The notes beneath the pieces are model-generated. The model saw only the letters and a program-made list of their open reading frames with translations, searched no databases and was not told the DNA's origin. A stretch of DNA of 64,000 bases from IMG/VR virus record IMGVR_UViG_2518645549_000001, positions 1 to 64,000 of that record; one strand, given 5' to 3'. Positions 63,835 to 64,000 of this stretch are shown here, piece after piece (positions within the stretch are counted from its first letter, which is position 1; the number at the start of each line of letters is the position of its first letter). The DNA comes from a virus (taxonomy: Duplodnaviria > Caudoviricetes). The position numbers were made by a program, and so were the translations under genes.

Positions 63835-64000
63835 TCAGAAGTTGATGGTGATGTTCGGGACTTCGCGGCGGGCGATCTTGAGAACGATGGCCCTGGCCAG
63901 CTCCTCGGTGATGTTCAGTGACATCAACGCTGTTTTGGCCTCGCCCATGACCTTTGCCTTGTGGGCTTGGTCGCGCTCGCGGGCCTCTTGCTGGCGGAGG
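63835..64000 (-). CDS. Coiled-coil phage protein, 3' end only
   Basis: ...ARERDQAHKAKV...IARREVPNITINF stop. Confidence 0.65.
   Translation of the reverse strand, partial: LRQQEARERDQAHKAKVMGEAKTALMSLNITEELARAIVLKIARREVPNITINF

Larger units (their letters stand above)
50468..64000. mobile_element. Prophage 2, left arm (continues beyond the window)
   Basis: int-xis and an early-left operon syntenic with prophage 1, through exonuclease and ERF. Confidence 0.9.

Overview
High-GC, Pseudomonas-like DNA holding two lambdoid prophages in tandem. They meet at a 3' fragment of tRNA-Cys (50468-50518) with different arm-type repeats on each side. Prophage 1 (1 to ~50.5 kb) is nearly complete: integrase/excisionase, a mosaic early-left arm, cI/cro switch, O/P-type replication, nin/Q, a structured late-leader RNA with an atypical tRNA-Gly, holins, myovirus head/tail/baseplate genes, then terminase genes unusually placed after the tail fibre, a tailspike, a heparinase II/III-like moron, and endolysin with nested spanins. 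Only the left ~13.5 kb of prophage 2 is present, and its integrase has an in-frame stop. The strongest unexplained signal is a shared set of short linker sequences, in the same order in both early-left arms, that bracket unrelated genes. One linker precedes five antisense cargo genes. Antisense cargo in the arms includes a solo nucleotide-cyclase-like gene, an AbiV/HEPN-like gene and an orphan T1SS ABC transporter. Other signals are a dispersed CGCGCCAC-N20/21-GTGGCGCG palindrome, a macrodomain in the neck operon and an out-of-frame gene nested in a C5-methyltransferase. All family calls come from reading motifs by eye; no searches were run.
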